Origin: Bacteroidales bacterium
Lineage (GTDB): Bacteria; Bacteroidota; Bacteroidia; Bacteroidales; FEN-979
NCBI GenBank assembly: GCA_049317265.1
Contig: JBMOIP010000001.1
Location: forward strand, 140,685 to 204,684
DNA: 64,000 nt
Direction: 5' to 3'
A program made the translations under genes and the position numbers. Below the pieces are notes generated by a model, which searched no databases, was not told where the DNA came from, and saw only the letters and a program-made list of their open reading frames with translations. Below are positions 18,733 to 28,499 of the stretch, piece after piece (position 1 is the stretch's first letter; every line of letters begins with the position of its first letter).

Positions 18733-20688
18733 TCAGTTAACTCTATTCTGCAGGTCCCTGATATAATTTGCAGGAACATTTATTTTCAACTCCCTTGCTT
18801 TAAAGGCGTCGTCAAGCGCATTCTTGTAGCGCTGCATTTTGAAGAATACAAACGACCGGTTCATGTAAGTTTTCCCATCATTCGGATTGATCTCTATGGC
18901 CTTGCCATAATCGGAAATGGCCGCATCGTATATGTTCCTGCCATAATAGATATTTCCCCGGTTAACGTAGGCATCGCCGTAACCCGGGTCGATCCTGATG
19001 GCCGAGGTATAGTCGGCAATGGCGCTGTCGGGAAGGTTCAGCTTATTGTAAGCAATGCCCCGGCTGTAGTAGGATCGTACATGGGAAGGATTCAGTTTGG
19101 CGATGATCAGGGTGAAATCGGCCACCGCCGAGTCGTACTTTCCCAGGACAGTATACGAAAGCCCCCTGCCGAAAATCGCATCAACATAACCGGGCCGCTG
19201 GGTGAAGGCGGACGAGAAACATTTTACGGCTTCAGCGTCTCTGCCGACCCTTGCATAGGCGCTTCCAAGATTCTGCAATGCCTGGAAATTATCAGCATAG
19301 GCAGCCTCATTCTGAACAGCCTTCTCAAGCATGGCAATGGCTGTTTGATAATCTTCTTTATCCGTATAGTATTTCCCGAGATTTGTATAGGCTACCCCAT
19401 TATCCGGATCCTGCTTCAGCGCATTCTCCCAGAGCGTGACATTGTTGTGCCATGTTTGCGACTGCGAATAGGTCTTGATTGAAAATACCAATAGTACCCC
19501 AGCTGTGATGGCCATCAGGTATGGCGCATTTTTCCTGTTCCCGGTGATCATCCCGTCAAGGAGGATGGCGATGATGAAAAAGAGGCCCATATAGGGGATA
19601 TAGGTGTACCTGTCGGCTATAATCGCATTGCCCACCGGCAGGATCTGGGTCACGATGGAAATCGTAAATAAAAAGAAGAGCGATCCGAACACAACCGTCC
19701 TGTTCCTTCGGTAAAGCACTGCAACCGCTGCCATGACAATAACTGCAAAAACGGCGCCTGCATATACCAGGAACATGTCGCTGGCAGCCGGGTACTTATA
19801 AAAGCAGCTCAGGTTAAACGGGTAGACCAATTTATAGAGGTAAGCTGAGATATTATAGCCGGCAATGGCCACCCGTTCCAGGAAGGAGTGCGCCAGGAGA
19901 CGCCGTTCAGTGAGTGACGAGTGCTGGGCAATAATTGCGAGGATGCCCGATAAAAAAGAGATAACAAAGTAGGGAACTTTGTGCAGGATGCTCTTCACGG
20001 TAATTTTCCGGCTGTACCAGTAATCAACCAGGAACAGCGTGAGCGGCAGCACCACCGCCTGTCCCTTGCTCAGGATGGAAAGAATGAACAAACCAATGGA
20101 TATCAAATAATACTGGTATTGCCGGCGCTCTTTCAGCAAAAAATAGACATAAAAAATAAGCGACAACAGGAAGAAAAAGGTGTAGAGCACATCCTTCCGT
20201 TCTGCCGCCCAAACCACCGACTCCACCCGCATCGGGTGAACGGCAAACAGGGCTGTTGCGATAATTGTGGCATAGGTTTTCCTGGTTAAAAGCCACATAA
20301 GCCGTGAGAAGAGTACAATATTGAACAGGTGAATTAACAGGTTGTCAAAATGATAAAGAAAAGGGTTCAGGCCTGCCAGCTGGTACTCAATAACGTAACT
20401 CATCATGGTTAACGGGTGGTAATTGCCCACCACAATGGTCTTGTAATTGAAAATATGGAGGATGTTGTCAAGCGAGAAAATCCTGATCATCGGGTTTTCG
20501 GTGAGATAATTGTAATCATCCCAGCTCAGGAAATCACCGGTCAGGCTGGGAGAAAACGAGATGAAAGCGACCACCACGATCACGACGTTCCAGATGACCA
20601 GGTTCCCGGAAGGAGGGTGGTGTGCTTTATCAGCAATGCGTTGGTGCGGCTGGGCTTTCTTCTGGTCAGTTATTTTTGCAGGCTTCAT
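18733..20688 (-). CDS. Second TMTC-like GT-C membrane protein with C-terminal TPR repeats (paralog, convergent)
   Basis: It has the same architecture. The membrane domain carries NYHPLTMMSYVIEYQ, and the TPR units include AIADYTSAIRIDPGYGDAYVNRG and AISDYGKAIEINPNDGKTYMNRS. Confidence 0.6.
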   Translation of the reverse strand: MKPAKITDQKKAQPHQRIADKAHHPPSGNLVIWNVVIVVVAFISFSPSLTGDFLSWDDYNYLTENPMIRIFSLDNILHIFNYKTIVVGNYHPLTMMSYVIEYQLAGLNPFLYHFDNLLIHLFNIVLFSRLMWLLTRKTYATIIATALFAVHPMRVESVVWAAERKDVLYTFFFLLSLIFYVYFLLKERRQYQYYLISIGLFILSILSKGQAVVLPLTLFLVDYWYSRKITVKSILHKVPYFVISFLSGILAIIAQHSSLTERRLLAHSFLERVAIAGYNISAYLYKLVYPFNLSCFYKYPAASDMFLVYAGAVFAVIVMAAVAVLYRRNRTVVFGSLFFLFTISIVTQILPVGNAIIADRYTYIPYMGLFFIIAILLDGMITGNRKNAPYLMAITAGVLLVFSIKTYSQSQTWHNNVTLWENALKQDPDNGVAYTNLGKYYTDKEDYQTAIAMLEKAVQNEAAYADNFQALQNLGSAYARVGRDAEAVKCFSSAFTQRPGYVDAIFGRGLSYTVLGKYDSAVADFTLIIAKLNPSHVRSYYSRGIAYNKLNLPDSAIADYTSAIRIDPGYGDAYVNRGNIYYGRNIYDAAISDYGKAIEINPNDGKTYMNRSFVFFKMQRYKNALDDAFKARELKINVPANYIRDLQNRVN

Positions 20689-20743
20689 GGACGACTCAAT
20701 GGGTTACCGTAATTGTGCTAAATCGTTTGAATTCGTTGAAAAG

Positions 20744-20751
20744 CAAAAATA
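20744..20751 (-). promoter_or_regulatory. Candidate -7 box (TATTTTTG) for the 18733-20688 gene
   Basis: Plus strand CAAAAATA. It lies 56 nt upstream of the ATG at 20688. Confidence 0.35.
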
Positions 20752-20775
20752 GCTTAATTTTCACTATTTCTATAT

Positions 20776-20783
20776 TATCTTTG
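20776..20783 (+). promoter_or_regulatory. Candidate -7 box (TATCTTTG) for the beta-helix gene
   Basis: Matches TAnnTTTG 34 nt upstream of the ATG at 20817. This supports 20817 rather than 20622 as the start. Confidence 0.4.
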
Positions 20784-20816
20784 TCTCCTAACAGTGTCAT
20801 TACAAAATCTGACCCT

Positions 20817-23063
20817 ATGAAAAATTTACTGCTTTTTTGTTGGTTGACAGGATTGTCATTTGTGTTAACGGCGCAAACCTACCTTCCCATAACTGATAAT
20901 ATGGTGATCAACAGCAACTCGGATATCAAGTTTGCCGCCGGAAATTACCTGTTCCAGGATGCCGCGGCCGATGGCGTTATCAAAGTCAATGGCGTACAGA
21001 ATGTCATCCTCGATGGCGACAGTTGCCGGGTAAACGGCGTAAGCAAAGCAGGTTATATGATCAGGATTACCAATGCACACAATATCATCATTAAAAATTT
21101 TGACTCGGTATTCGGCTATAAATATGCGGTTTATATCATGAACTCCGATCATATCACCATCAACGGCAATGTGTTTTGCAGGAATAAAGTCGACTCATCA
21201 GGCTGGATCGATGTATGGGCAGATTATACCCAGGCCCTTGGCGGAGGGGTCATGATGTACCAGAGCCGCGCAGCCCACATTTTCGACAACATCATGACCA
21301 TGCAGAATGACGGTGTTGCCCTGTACCATTGCGACAGCATTAAAATCCACGACAACGATCTCTCCTGGAACACCTCCTTCGGGATCCGGATGTTCTGGAC
21401 CGATTCCTGCCAGATCTACCAGAACAACTGTGCCCACGTCAACCGGCCATTGACCGACCCCAGCGACTGTGCCGCACTGCTGCTGATCATCTCCAATGAG
21501 AACAATGTTCAGAATAACGATCTTTCCTATTCGGGCGACGGAATATTCCTGGGACAATACCAGCACTCCAATGTTCCCAACAACAACTATTTTGCCTATA
21601 ATGAATGTTCCTATTCACCCCATAACGCCATTGAAGCGACCTTTGCCGACGGAAATGTATATGTTCACAACAAGTGCAACTTCAGTCACTACGGACTTTG
21701 GCTGGGCTACTCGTTCAATACGGTGGTCGACAGCAATGAGATCATCGGTAATTATCAGTCGGGGCTGGCAGTCGACCGCGGCTTCAGCAATGTGATCTCT
21801 AATAACCTGGTCAGGAACAACCCAATCGGCATTGAACTATGGGAAGGTTCCCCGGTAACGGGCTACACCAGTTTCCATTCACAGGATTATCCAATACACC
21901 ATAACACCTTCGATGGCAACACCAAGGCGATATCATCCATCAATACGAAACATGCCCTTGTTGTCAGCAATGAATTCAATTACAGCCAGCTGGCCAGCCT
22001 TTACATGGATGGAATTTCAACAACGGATACCATCACCCAGAATACGTTCCGGATGCCTGTCGGGTATCATCTCTACAACAATTCTGCGTATTCGAAGTAT
22101 GCTGCCGGCAATACCTTCCTGCCTTCAGATACAGCCCTCATCAGTGCAAAAATATTTGATAAACACGACAATCCTGCTAAGGGCGAAGTTTCCTGGATGC
22201 CTGCTATACCTGCACCACCAACTCCCATCCAGGCAACGCCTCCATGCGATATGGCCGAACCGGGTGCCCTCTGGTATGGCTATCCTGAAGTGGGATACCC
22301 GGCCAAGGTGAAAATTCCCGATACGGTGCGGTATGACTATTCGGAGAAAAAGTCCGGCGCGGCCTCCGTCAAACTGGTCACCAGCAGGGGATATGACCTT
22401 GCTCTCAATTATCGTCCGGCAGGTGACTCTTTGTCACATTGGACCCTAACTGACACTGACACGCTCTATTTTTGGGTACGCACCATCAAACAACCTCAAT
22501 ATGGCTTTCAGTTTTTTTCGGTCAGGATCGGAGACGACCATGGCAGTTACTTTAAGTATACCGCTTCACCTACATTGCTGAACAATGCAAACCTGGCCTG
22601 GAAACAGTATAAATTCCCGTTATCGGGAAATACCCAGTTCAGTCGCAGTACAACCGGAACCATGTCGCTGAACCAGGTTAACTACGTTGAAATACACGCA
22701 GATACATGGGATTACGGATTTACCCTGTGGGCTGATGGAGTTCAATTCCACCCATGTTCCCCGCTCACCGGGGTTGAAACGCCCGATGAACCCGGGAAGA
22801 ACACGCTCATGAACTATCCCAATCCCTTCACCGGTAACACGACCATTGCCTGTCATATCGCCTCTGCCGGAGTTGCAACACTGGAAGTCTACGATTCCCG
22901 GGGCACAATGATCGAAACAGTTTTTGACCAGTTCCTGAACCCGGGTGATCATGAGGTGGTGTGGAATGCCTCCCTGGTAAACCCCAATGGGGCCGGTATC
23001 TACCTGCTAAAACTCACCACCGGGGCCGCAACTGTCATCCGGAAAATAGTGATTCTGCCCTGA
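20817..23063 (+). CDS. Secreted right-handed parallel beta-helix (pectin-lyase fold / NosD-like) protein with a T9SS C-terminal sorting domain
   Basis: The signal peptide is MKNLLLFCWLTGLSFVLTAQ. Repeated beta-helix rungs are visible (NIIIKNF, ITINGNVF, IKIHDNDLSWNTSFGIRM, NVQNNDLSYSGDGIFL, NVISNNLVRNNPIGIEL). The C-terminus NYPNPFTGNTTI...GIYLLKLTTGAATVIRKIVILP is a type-A T9SS CTD. Confidence 0.7.
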   Translation: MKNLLLFCWLTGLSFVLTAQTYLPITDNMVINSNSDIKFAAGNYLFQDAAADGVIKVNGVQNVILDGDSCRVNGVSKAGYMIRITNAHNIIIKNFDSVFGYKYAVYIMNSDHITINGNVFCRNKVDSSGWIDVWADYTQALGGGVMMYQSRAAHIFDNIMTMQNDGVALYHCDSIKIHDNDLSWNTSFGIRMFWTDSCQIYQNNCAHVNRPLTDPSDCAALLLIISNENNVQNNDLSYSGDGIFLGQYQHSNVPNNNYFAYNECSYSPHNAIEATFADGNVYVHNKCNFSHYGLWLGYSFNTVVDSNEIIGNYQSGLAVDRGFSNVISNNLVRNNPIGIELWEGSPVTGYTSFHSQDYPIHHNTFDGNTKAISSINTKHALVVSNEFNYSQLASLYMDGISTTDTITQNTFRMPVGYHLYNNSAYSKYAAGNTFLPSDTALISAKIFDKHDNPAKGEVSWMPAIPAPPTPIQATPPCDMAEPGALWYGYPEVGYPAKVKIPDTVRYDYSEKKSGAASVKLVTSRGYDLALNYRPAGDSLSHWTLTDTDTLYFWVRTIKQPQYGFQFFSVRIGDDHGSYFKYTASPTLLNNANLAWKQYKFPLSGNTQFSRSTTGTMSLNQVNYVEIHADTWDYGFTLWADGVQFHPCSPLTGVETPDEPGKNTLMNYPNPFTGNTTIACHIASAGVATLEVYDSRGTMIETVFDQFLNPGDHEVVWNASLVNPNGAGIYLLKLTTGAATVIRKIVILP

Positions 23064-23206
23064 CCCCCGGGAGCATCTCCCTTTCGCAACATTTTTTTGG
23101 ACAGCCTGTAACATTTTCATCGCGGGACCGTCTGGCATGAAACTTGTCATGATTTAGATTCATTTAAAATAATTACGATCAAATTTTCCAAAAATCATTT
23201 CAATTC

Positions 23207-25618
23207 ATGCAAAAGCTCTTTCTGTCAGTTCTTTTTATATGCCTTGGTATTTCCTCTTTCTCGCAAACAGGCATCATCAAAGGCCGTGTTTTCAACCATA
23301 AAAACAACGAACCGGTTCCATTCGTGAACATCATCATCGACGGCAAGCCCACCCAGGGAGCCACGAGCGATATCGACGGGAACTACACGATCAGCAAAGT
23401 TTCCCCGGGATATGCGCGGCTGGTGGCAACCTCCATCGGGTTTAAGAAATTCACCTCCAACGATTTTCTCGTGACCAATTCAAAAACCACCGACCTTGAC
23501 ATAGGTCTTGACGAGCAGGTTACAACCCTTGCCACCGTCGAAATCAAGCCTTCGGTGGTCGAACGGAATGAAGAGGTTCCGGTCTCCCTTCAAAAACTGT
23601 CTATCCAGGAGATCGAGCGCAGTCCGGGTTCAAACCGCGACATCTCAAAGGTCATCCAGAGTTTGCCCGGGGTGGCTTCCTCACCCTCATTCCGCAATGA
23701 TGTCATCGTTCGCGGGGGCGGCCCCGGCGAAAACCGCTTCTATCTTGATGGTGTGGAAATTCCATACCTGAACCACTTCTCCACCCAGGGATCATCAGGC
23801 GGCCCGGTCGGCATCATCAATGTGGACCTTATCCGCGAAGTTCAGCTCTATTCCAGCGCGTTCCCCACCACCCGGGGCAATGCGCTCAGTTCGGTGATGG
23901 ACCTCAGGCAGGTGGATGGCAACAAAGAAAAATTCGGAGGGCGTGTATCGGTGGGTTCCAGTGATTTTGCACTCACCCTCAATGGCCCCATCTCCAAAAA
24001 TTCATCCATGATCCTGTCGGTTCGCCGTTCATACCTTCAACTCCTCTTCAGCGCATTGAAACTGCCATTTCTCCCGACATACAGCGATTACCAGTTCAAA
24101 TATAAGATTGACCTCGATAAAAAGAACCAGATTTCGGTCATCTCCATCGGGGCACTTGATAAAAACAAGCTGAATACCGGCATTGCCAACCCGGATGCAT
24201 TCCAGAAATACATCCTTCAGTCGCTCCCGGTAAATGACCAGTGGAGTTACGTTTTCGGTCTTGTTTATCGCCATTTCCGCGCCAAAGGCTATGACACATG
24301 GGTATTGAGCCGGAACATGCTCAACAACGACCAGATCAAATATACCAACAACGTGGAACTCCCAGACAGCCTTCAGTTCAAATACAATTCGCAGGAGATA
24401 GAGAATAAACTGCGTTACGAAGGACTTACCGATCTCGTAAAGTGGAAAATTACCTATGGGGCCGGTCTTGAGCAGGCAAAATACACCAATAAGACCTATC
24501 AGAAAATCTATATTGCCGACTCAATATTTCCCGATTCGATTGGGATACTTGACTACAACTCCAAACTTGAGGTGTGGAAATGGAACGTTTTCGGCCAGGT
24601 AAATCGTGCATTTTTCAATGACCGGCTCAACCTGAACCTGGGAGTAAGGATGGATGCAAACAACTATTCCAATGAGATGAACAACCTGCTGAAGCAGTTC
24701 TCTCCGAGATTTTCTGCGTCGTATGCCTTTATTGCCGACAAGTTCTTTCTTAACTTCAACCTCGGACGCTACTATCAGCTTCCCGCCTATACTTCACTTG
24801 GATTCCGCAGCAACAGCGGCTTACTTGTGAATGAAAGCCTAGGCATCAAATACATCTCTGCCGACCATGTGGTGTTAGGACTTGAATACCAGCCAAAGGT
24901 CAATGCAAAGATTTCCCTCGAAGGATTTTACAAATACTATCGCAACTACCCGTTTTCCATCAAGGACAGCGTTGCCCTTGCCAGCAAGGGATCTGACTTC
25001 GGCTCGGTGGGGGATGAACCCTTGCTGCCCATCTCTAAAGGGCGTGCTTACGGATTTGAGGTGCTGGTTAGAAATGCCGACTTCTATAAATTCAATGTGA
25101 TCATGACCTACACCTTTGTCCGCAGCGAGTTTACCGACTACCAGGGCAAATATATTCCATCGGCCTGGGATAACCGGCACCTGGTCAATGTAACCGTAGG
25201 GCGGAAGTTCAAACACAACTGGGAAGTTGGCGCCAAATGGCGTTTTGCCGGGGGACAACCCTATACTCCCTGGGATATGGATAAGTCGAGCCTGGTGACC
25301 GCATGGGATGCACAGGGAAAGGGTTATCTTAACTATAGCGCATTCAACACCCTGCGGCTGACTTCATTCAACCAGCTTGACATCCGGATCGATAAGGGGT
25401 TTTACTTTAAAAAATGGTCGCTGATGTTCTATCTCGATATTCAGAATGTACTGAATTTTCAGTCACAGCAACCCGACCTCCTTGTGAATACACAGGAAGA
25501 CGGTTCCGTTGTGAAGTACTTCGATCAGCAGAGCCAGCAATGGCGTTATAAGCTGCGTACCATCGACAACAGTTCAGGAACCATCCTGCCGGCCATCGGC
25601 ATCATGGTCGATTTTTAA
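23207..25618 (+). CDS. TonB-dependent outer-membrane receptor with an N-terminal carboxypeptidase-regulatory-like domain
   Basis: A signal peptide is followed by GIIKGRVFNHKNNEPVPFVNIIIDG...TSDIDGNYTI (CarbopepD_reg). The plug region has SPGSNRDISKVIQSLPGV and VRGGGPGENRFYLDGVEI. The C-terminus ends in an aromatic residue (MVDF). Confidence 0.8.
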   Translation: MQKLFLSVLFICLGISSFSQTGIIKGRVFNHKNNEPVPFVNIIIDGKPTQGATSDIDGNYTISKVSPGYARLVATSIGFKKFTSNDFLVTNSKTTDLDIGLDEQVTTLATVEIKPSVVERNEEVPVSLQKLSIQEIERSPGSNRDISKVIQSLPGVASSPSFRNDVIVRGGGPGENRFYLDGVEIPYLNHFSTQGSSGGPVGIINVDLIREVQLYSSAFPTTRGNALSSVMDLRQVDGNKEKFGGRVSVGSSDFALTLNGPISKNSSMILSVRRSYLQLLFSALKLPFLPTYSDYQFKYKIDLDKKNQISVISIGALDKNKLNTGIANPDAFQKYILQSLPVNDQWSYVFGLVYRHFRAKGYDTWVLSRNMLNNDQIKYTNNVELPDSLQFKYNSQEIENKLRYEGLTDLVKWKITYGAGLEQAKYTNKTYQKIYIADSIFPDSIGILDYNSKLEVWKWNVFGQVNRAFFNDRLNLNLGVRMDANNYSNEMNNLLKQFSPRFSASYAFIADKFFLNFNLGRYYQLPAYTSLGFRSNSGLLVNESLGIKYISADHVVLGLEYQPKVNAKISLEGFYKYYRNYPFSIKDSVALASKGSDFGSVGDEPLLPISKGRAYGFEVLVRNADFYKFNVIMTYTFVRSEFTDYQGKYIPSAWDNRHLVNVTVGRKFKHNWEVGAKWRFAGGQPYTPWDMDKSSLVTAWDAQGKGYLNYSAFNTLRLTSFNQLDIRIDKGFYFKKWSLMFYLDIQNVLNFQSQQPDLLVNTQEDGSVVKYFDQQSQQWRYKLRTIDNSSGTILPAIGIMVDF

Positions 25619-25630
25619 CGAAAGCAATGA

Positions 25631-26040
25631 TTAATGCTGCATGTCGCGCCGGCGTGCCTTCATCTCCTCAACCTGTTTCAGGTAGGATTTGAACTGGTCG
25701 GCTGTGAGAATAGTCTTTAATTCGCCGTCCTTTTTTTATTCATGTTTTGAATTGATTTGCGCATGACTGCCGTATCAGTTAATTTCCGTACATCTTCCAT
25801 CTTTTTGGCATATTTCAGGTTGATAGCGGAGACTTTTGGCTCCTGGGCAGCAGTGAGCGACAAGTTCTCCTTCATCATCTCCGTCTGGCGCTTGGCGCGT
25901 TCTTCGGGGGTTGGTTTGCCATGTCCCTGACCCTTGCCAGGCATTTGGGCAAAGATGGCTGAAGTTGTAATTGTGACGAGGACCATCAACAAAACAAGCA
26001 GGCGTAAGCTTCTTGTCACTGGAGTGATTTTTGTGTTCAT
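25631..26040 (-). pseudogene. Small periplasmic Spy/LTXXQ-like (DUF4890-like) protein interrupted by an apparent 1-nt frameshift in an A7 run
   Basis: The ORF 25717-26040 ends ...NMNKKRTAN*. With one extra A in the A7 run (plus-strand T7 at 25731-25737) the reading continues NKKKDGELKTILTADQFKSYLKQVEEMKARRRDMQH* to 25631. This is a second LTxxQ-style repeat matching the first (LSLTAAQEPKVSAINLKYAKKMEDVRK). Confidence 0.55.
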
Positions 26041-26077
26041 TGGATTGGAGGGTTAGTGAAGTTGTGAATGATAGTGG

Positions 26078-27031
26078 TTATTTTTCAAGTTCTTCTTTGA
26101 TCTTTTTACTGATGATGGCTGCCCCGGCGGGATTTACATGATCGGCGTTGAAAAAATACCAGGGCTTGCCATGAAATTCGTTCCTGTAATCAAATATACG
26201 GAAATCACTGCAGGTTTTACGGGTAAGGGCAACAATATCCCGGTCAAGTTTGTCAATATCTACCAGCTTTCTGGCATATTTTAAATATTCATCGGTGAGG
26301 GGCATCCGCAACAAAACGAGATGGATGTCATACTGTTTACAAACGTCAAGTATCTTAAGATAGTACGTTGTTTCCCCCAGGGTCGATTTTTTACCGTAGC
26401 TGGCAAGGTAGGCGCTTGCCACTTCATAACCCAGCGCCTCCCGGTTGGGTTCCTTTGCGAAGTTCTTGTAATTTCTCGCAGGGAAGTACCCGTGCTTTAT
26501 CTTATGCATGTCGGCATTGAAGAAGAGGACCGACATGTAAATGAATTTGTAATTTCCCACATAGGAGAAAAAAGTGCCGGTGACCCAGTTTAAAAGGTAG
26601 CCAGGGTCATGGTGTTCCCTTGCAAGTTCAATGTAATCGAGGTATTTTCTCCAATATCCATCAAATGTCAGGTCATTTTCGGCGCGGGGACTGAAATTCA
26701 CCGGGTCGACGGAAAGCAGGATGTACTCCGGTTTTTTATGGGCTATTTCAAGGATATATTTTAGTTTGTAATAGGTTTGTTTGTATACCTCCTTGGGCGT
26801 GATATAACAGAAGCCATGACCGAGAATTTCCGGGTTGACCCTGTTGTGAGAATTGCCGAGCATCAGGTATTTGAGGGTGTCGGAACTCGCTTTAAATTGT
26901 TCATCCTGGTTCCTGGCCAGCCGGAAGTAGTACATCCAGCGGTCATAGGCCATGTTCAGCCCTGCATTCAGCACCAGAACCAGGATGGTGAAGACGATCA
27001 ATTTCTTAAAAAAGAGCCTGTTCCGGTTCAT
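26078..27031 (-). CDS. Membrane-anchored partner of the MBOAT (AlgX/AlgJ/DltD-like role, DUF1574-like)
   Basis: It has an N-terminal TM helix and sits 2 nt downstream of the MBOAT gene. The motif LMLGNSH near the N-terminus resembles an SGNH-like block I. The assignment rests mainly on context. Confidence 0.4.
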   Translation of the reverse strand: MNRNRLFFKKLIVFTILVLVLNAGLNMAYDRWMYYFRLARNQDEQFKASSDTLKYLMLGNSHNRVNPEILGHGFCYITPKEVYKQTYYKLKYILEIAHKKPEYILLSVDPVNFSPRAENDLTFDGYWRKYLDYIELAREHHDPGYLLNWVTGTFFSYVGNYKFIYMSVLFFNADMHKIKHGYFPARNYKNFAKEPNREALGYEVASAYLASYGKKSTLGETTYYLKILDVCKQYDIHLVLLRMPLTDEYLKYARKLVDIDKLDRDIVALTRKTCSDFRIFDYRNEFHGKPWYFFNADHVNPAGAAIISKKIKEELEK

Positions 27032-27033
27032 GG

Positions 27034-28485
27034 TTAAAATTGAAAATAGAAAAACTTCTGACTCGAATAAACGCCAAAAACAAGAATGAACATCACCATC
27101 AGCAGGTAGGCAGCATATCGTACATGGATGGGTTTGTTCATGAATTTTACGGTAAGGGATTTCATGGCAACCTGGTATTCAAACCAGAGCATAAAGATAA
27201 TCAGAAGAATACCCAGGATAAAATCGTTGTTCTTTACCAGTTCCATCATGGATGAACCGGTATGGCTGAAGTCGGTGAGATTCCTGATCATCAGGAAAGA
27301 GTCGCTGACCGGATGCTGGCCAAAGAAAAATCCCGTTGATGATACCAGTAAAAAGGTGGCTGCGATATTCAGTGTCTGTAGTAATTTCGGTGAATTGGCC
27401 AGTCCGGTTATCCTGTTGAAAGATGCCAGTGCCGGCTTATAAACATTCGCCAATACCATGTAGGTGCCATGGAGAAATCCGAAGATGATGAAATTCCAGT
27501 AGGGGCCATGCCAGAAACCCACCAGCACAAACGTGATGACGAGGTTGAGGTTAAGCCGCCATTGTACTGCTTTCCCGTGGTAATTGAAGGGAAGTGAAAA
27601 GTAGACATAGTCGCGCAGCCAGGTGGTCAGCGAGATGTGCCAGCGGCTCCAGAATGCAGCCACCGACTGGGCGCTGAATGGCCGGTTGAAATTAGGGCTG
27701 AGCCTGAAACCCATGAGCCGGGCAGAACCGATGGCTATGTCGGTATACCCTGAAAAATCGGCATAAACCTGCATCATCTTCATGACGATTCCAACTCCGA
27801 TTTCGATTCCATGGAAATATCCAGGCTCCGAATAGATGGCCTGGACAAATATCGACAACCGGTCGGCAATGACAATTTTTTTAAACAGGCCCCAAAGAAT
27901 CAGGCGCATGCCGCTTGCGAAGAGTTGCGGATCAAAGGTATGTTCAACATGGAACTGGGGAAGCAATTTCCGGCCACGCTCAATTGGTCCGGCCAGTACC
28001 AGCGGGAAAAACGAGACAAACAGCGCGTAGATTCCGGGGTTCTTTTCCGGTTTGATTACGCCACGGTACACATCGATGGTGTAACCAATGGTTTGAAAGG
28101 TATAGAACGAGATGCCAACAGGCAACAGGATACTGTAATAGGGAATCGAATAACTTCCCCCGGTGATGCCGATGAACAGGTTGGATATCTCAGTAAAAAA
28201 GCCAAGATATTTGAAGAAAAAGAGCATGCCCAGGTTAATGACCAGTGAAAAAGCCAGGTATTTGAACCGTTGTTTCTTTCCAGGAAGTTTCCCCATTTGC
28301 AGGGCGGAATAATAGGAAACCAGGGTGGCGCTCATCAGAACCAGGACAAATTCCACCTTCCAGAGAAGGTAAAAGAAGTAGCTTGCAGCGAGAAGAAGCA
28401 ACCAGCGCCAGCGGAACGGAAGGATGTAATAGAGCAGAACCGTGACAGGAAGAAAAAAGAGGTAGCCAACGGAGTTGAAAAGCAT
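27034..28485 (-). CDS. Membrane-bound O-acyltransferase (MBOAT; AlgI/DltB family)
   Basis: FWSRWHISLTTWLRDYVYF and GFWHG, with the conserved His, plus about 10 TM helices. Confidence 0.85.
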   Translation of the reverse strand: MLFNSVGYLFFLPVTVLLYYILPFRWRWLLLLAASYFFYLLWKVEFVLVLMSATLVSYYSALQMGKLPGKKQRFKYLAFSLVINLGMLFFFKYLGFFTEISNLFIGITGGSYSIPYYSILLPVGISFYTFQTIGYTIDVYRGVIKPEKNPGIYALFVSFFPLVLAGPIERGRKLLPQFHVEHTFDPQLFASGMRLILWGLFKKIVIADRLSIFVQAIYSEPGYFHGIEIGVGIVMKMMQVYADFSGYTDIAIGSARLMGFRLSPNFNRPFSAQSVAAFWSRWHISLTTWLRDYVYFSLPFNYHGKAVQWRLNLNLVITFVLVGFWHGPYWNFIIFGFLHGTYMVLANVYKPALASFNRITGLANSPKLLQTLNIAATFLLVSSTGFFFGQHPVSDSFLMIRNLTDFSHTGSSMMELVKNNDFILGILLIIFMLWFEYQVAMKSLTVKFMNKPIHVRYAAYLLMVMFILVFGVYSSQKFFYFQF

Positions 28486-28499
28486 AACTTGCCTGTATA

